Below the pieces are notes generated by a model. It made no database searches and was not told the DNA's origin. It saw only the letters and a program-made list of their open reading frames with translations. Below, in pieces: positions 63,496-64,000 of a DNA stretch of 64,000 nt. A program made the position numbers and the translations under genes. Position 1 is the stretch's first letter. Each line of letters begins with the position of its first letter. Location: positions 1-64,000 of IMG/VR virus record IMGVR_UViG_3300022200_000019. One strand, written 5' to 3'.

Positions 63496-64000
63496 TGGCG
63501 CAAAAGAGCATAGCATACTTTCCAAAACAGGTCGCACTCAATGGTTCTGGTGTACTCAAAGATTTTTTAAAAGGTGCGATTAAACACGGAATAGTTCCTG
63601 TGGAAAATAGCATGGATGCTGATTATGCTGTGATATGGTCTGTGCTCTGGAACGGCAAGATGACTGCAAACCAGCGTGTATATGAGCATTACAGGCATTT
63701 CAATAAACCGGTATTTGTAATTGATGTGGGCGCACTGCATCGTGAAGTTACTTGGAAAGTGGCACTCAATAACATCAATGCACACGGTTACTATGGTCAT
63801 GAACTGAATTTAGATCCAGATCGTCCGAAAACTCTGGGAATTAGTTTACGAACTCAAACCCGCAACAACGGCAAAATTTTAATTGCCGCGCAGCACCGCA
63901 GGAGCCAACAAGTCAAAGATGTTAACATTGAACAATGGACCAATCAGATGTACAATAAAATTACATCAATTACTGATCGACCAGTGGTAATACGCCCACA
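63495..64000 (+). CDS. KpsS/Capsule_synth-like protein (paralogue 4), runs off the window end; absent from the ORF track
   Basis: Open from ATG 63495 to the end: MAQKSIAYFP...DYAVIWSVLW.G.M..NQ.VY...IDVG.L.R...KILIAAQH...TDRPVVIRP. Confidence 0.7.
   Translation, partial: MAQKSIAYFPKQVALNGSGVLKDFLKGAIKHGIVPVENSMDADYAVIWSVLWNGKMTANQRVYEHYRHFNKPVFVIDVGALHREVTWKVALNNINAHGYYGHELNLDPDRPKTLGISLRTQTRNNGKILIAAQHRRSQQVKDVNIEQWTNQMYNKITSITDRPVVIRP

Noticed and set aside
1-64000. Stop-codon reassignment as seen in some large phages
   Set aside because: All core genes are full length under code 11, and TAA, TAG and TGA each end genuine genes

Overview
The window is a 64-kb segment of a large T4-related myovirus genome, probably a jumbo-type environmental phage (inferred from gene content and order). 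It uses standard code 11; I saw no tRNA, rRNA, CRISPR array or IS element. Layout: (1) major capsid gp23. (2) A ~21-kb run of Gly/Thr/Ser/Ala-rich virion fibre/baseplate proteins (2.7-23.9 kb) built from shared, shuffled modules, three ending in a peptidase-G2-type intramolecular chaperone, bracketed by two paralogous MptE/Maf(DUF115)-like genes. (3) Neck, tail and packaging genes: gp15, gp14, gp13, an enlarged gp18, gp19, a gp19-like protein, gp4, a putative gp16, gp17, and candidate protease-processed internal head proteins. (4) Recombination genes gp32, uvsX and uvsY. (5) A glycan-modification cluster from 55.8 kb to the window end: glycosyltransferases, four KpsS/Capsule_synth-like paralogues, four SAM methyltransferases and an unannotated decayed cytidylyltransferase. 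Single cargo genes (radical SAM, GT-like, sulfotransferase-like) sit between core genes. Regulatory signals: many T4-like late boxes (xxTAAATA), several exactly 5 nt before an ATG with no Shine-Dalgarno, which implies leaderless late mRNAs; two perfect sigma70 promoters; GC-stem terminators; an AGGCATA repeat upstream of gp32; and a multi-hairpin ncRNA candidate at 43.67-43.80 kb. The leading hypothesis is a late-expressed, phage-encoded glycosylation system acting on the virion fibres or the host surface. All family assignments come from motif recognition by eye, not from database searches.
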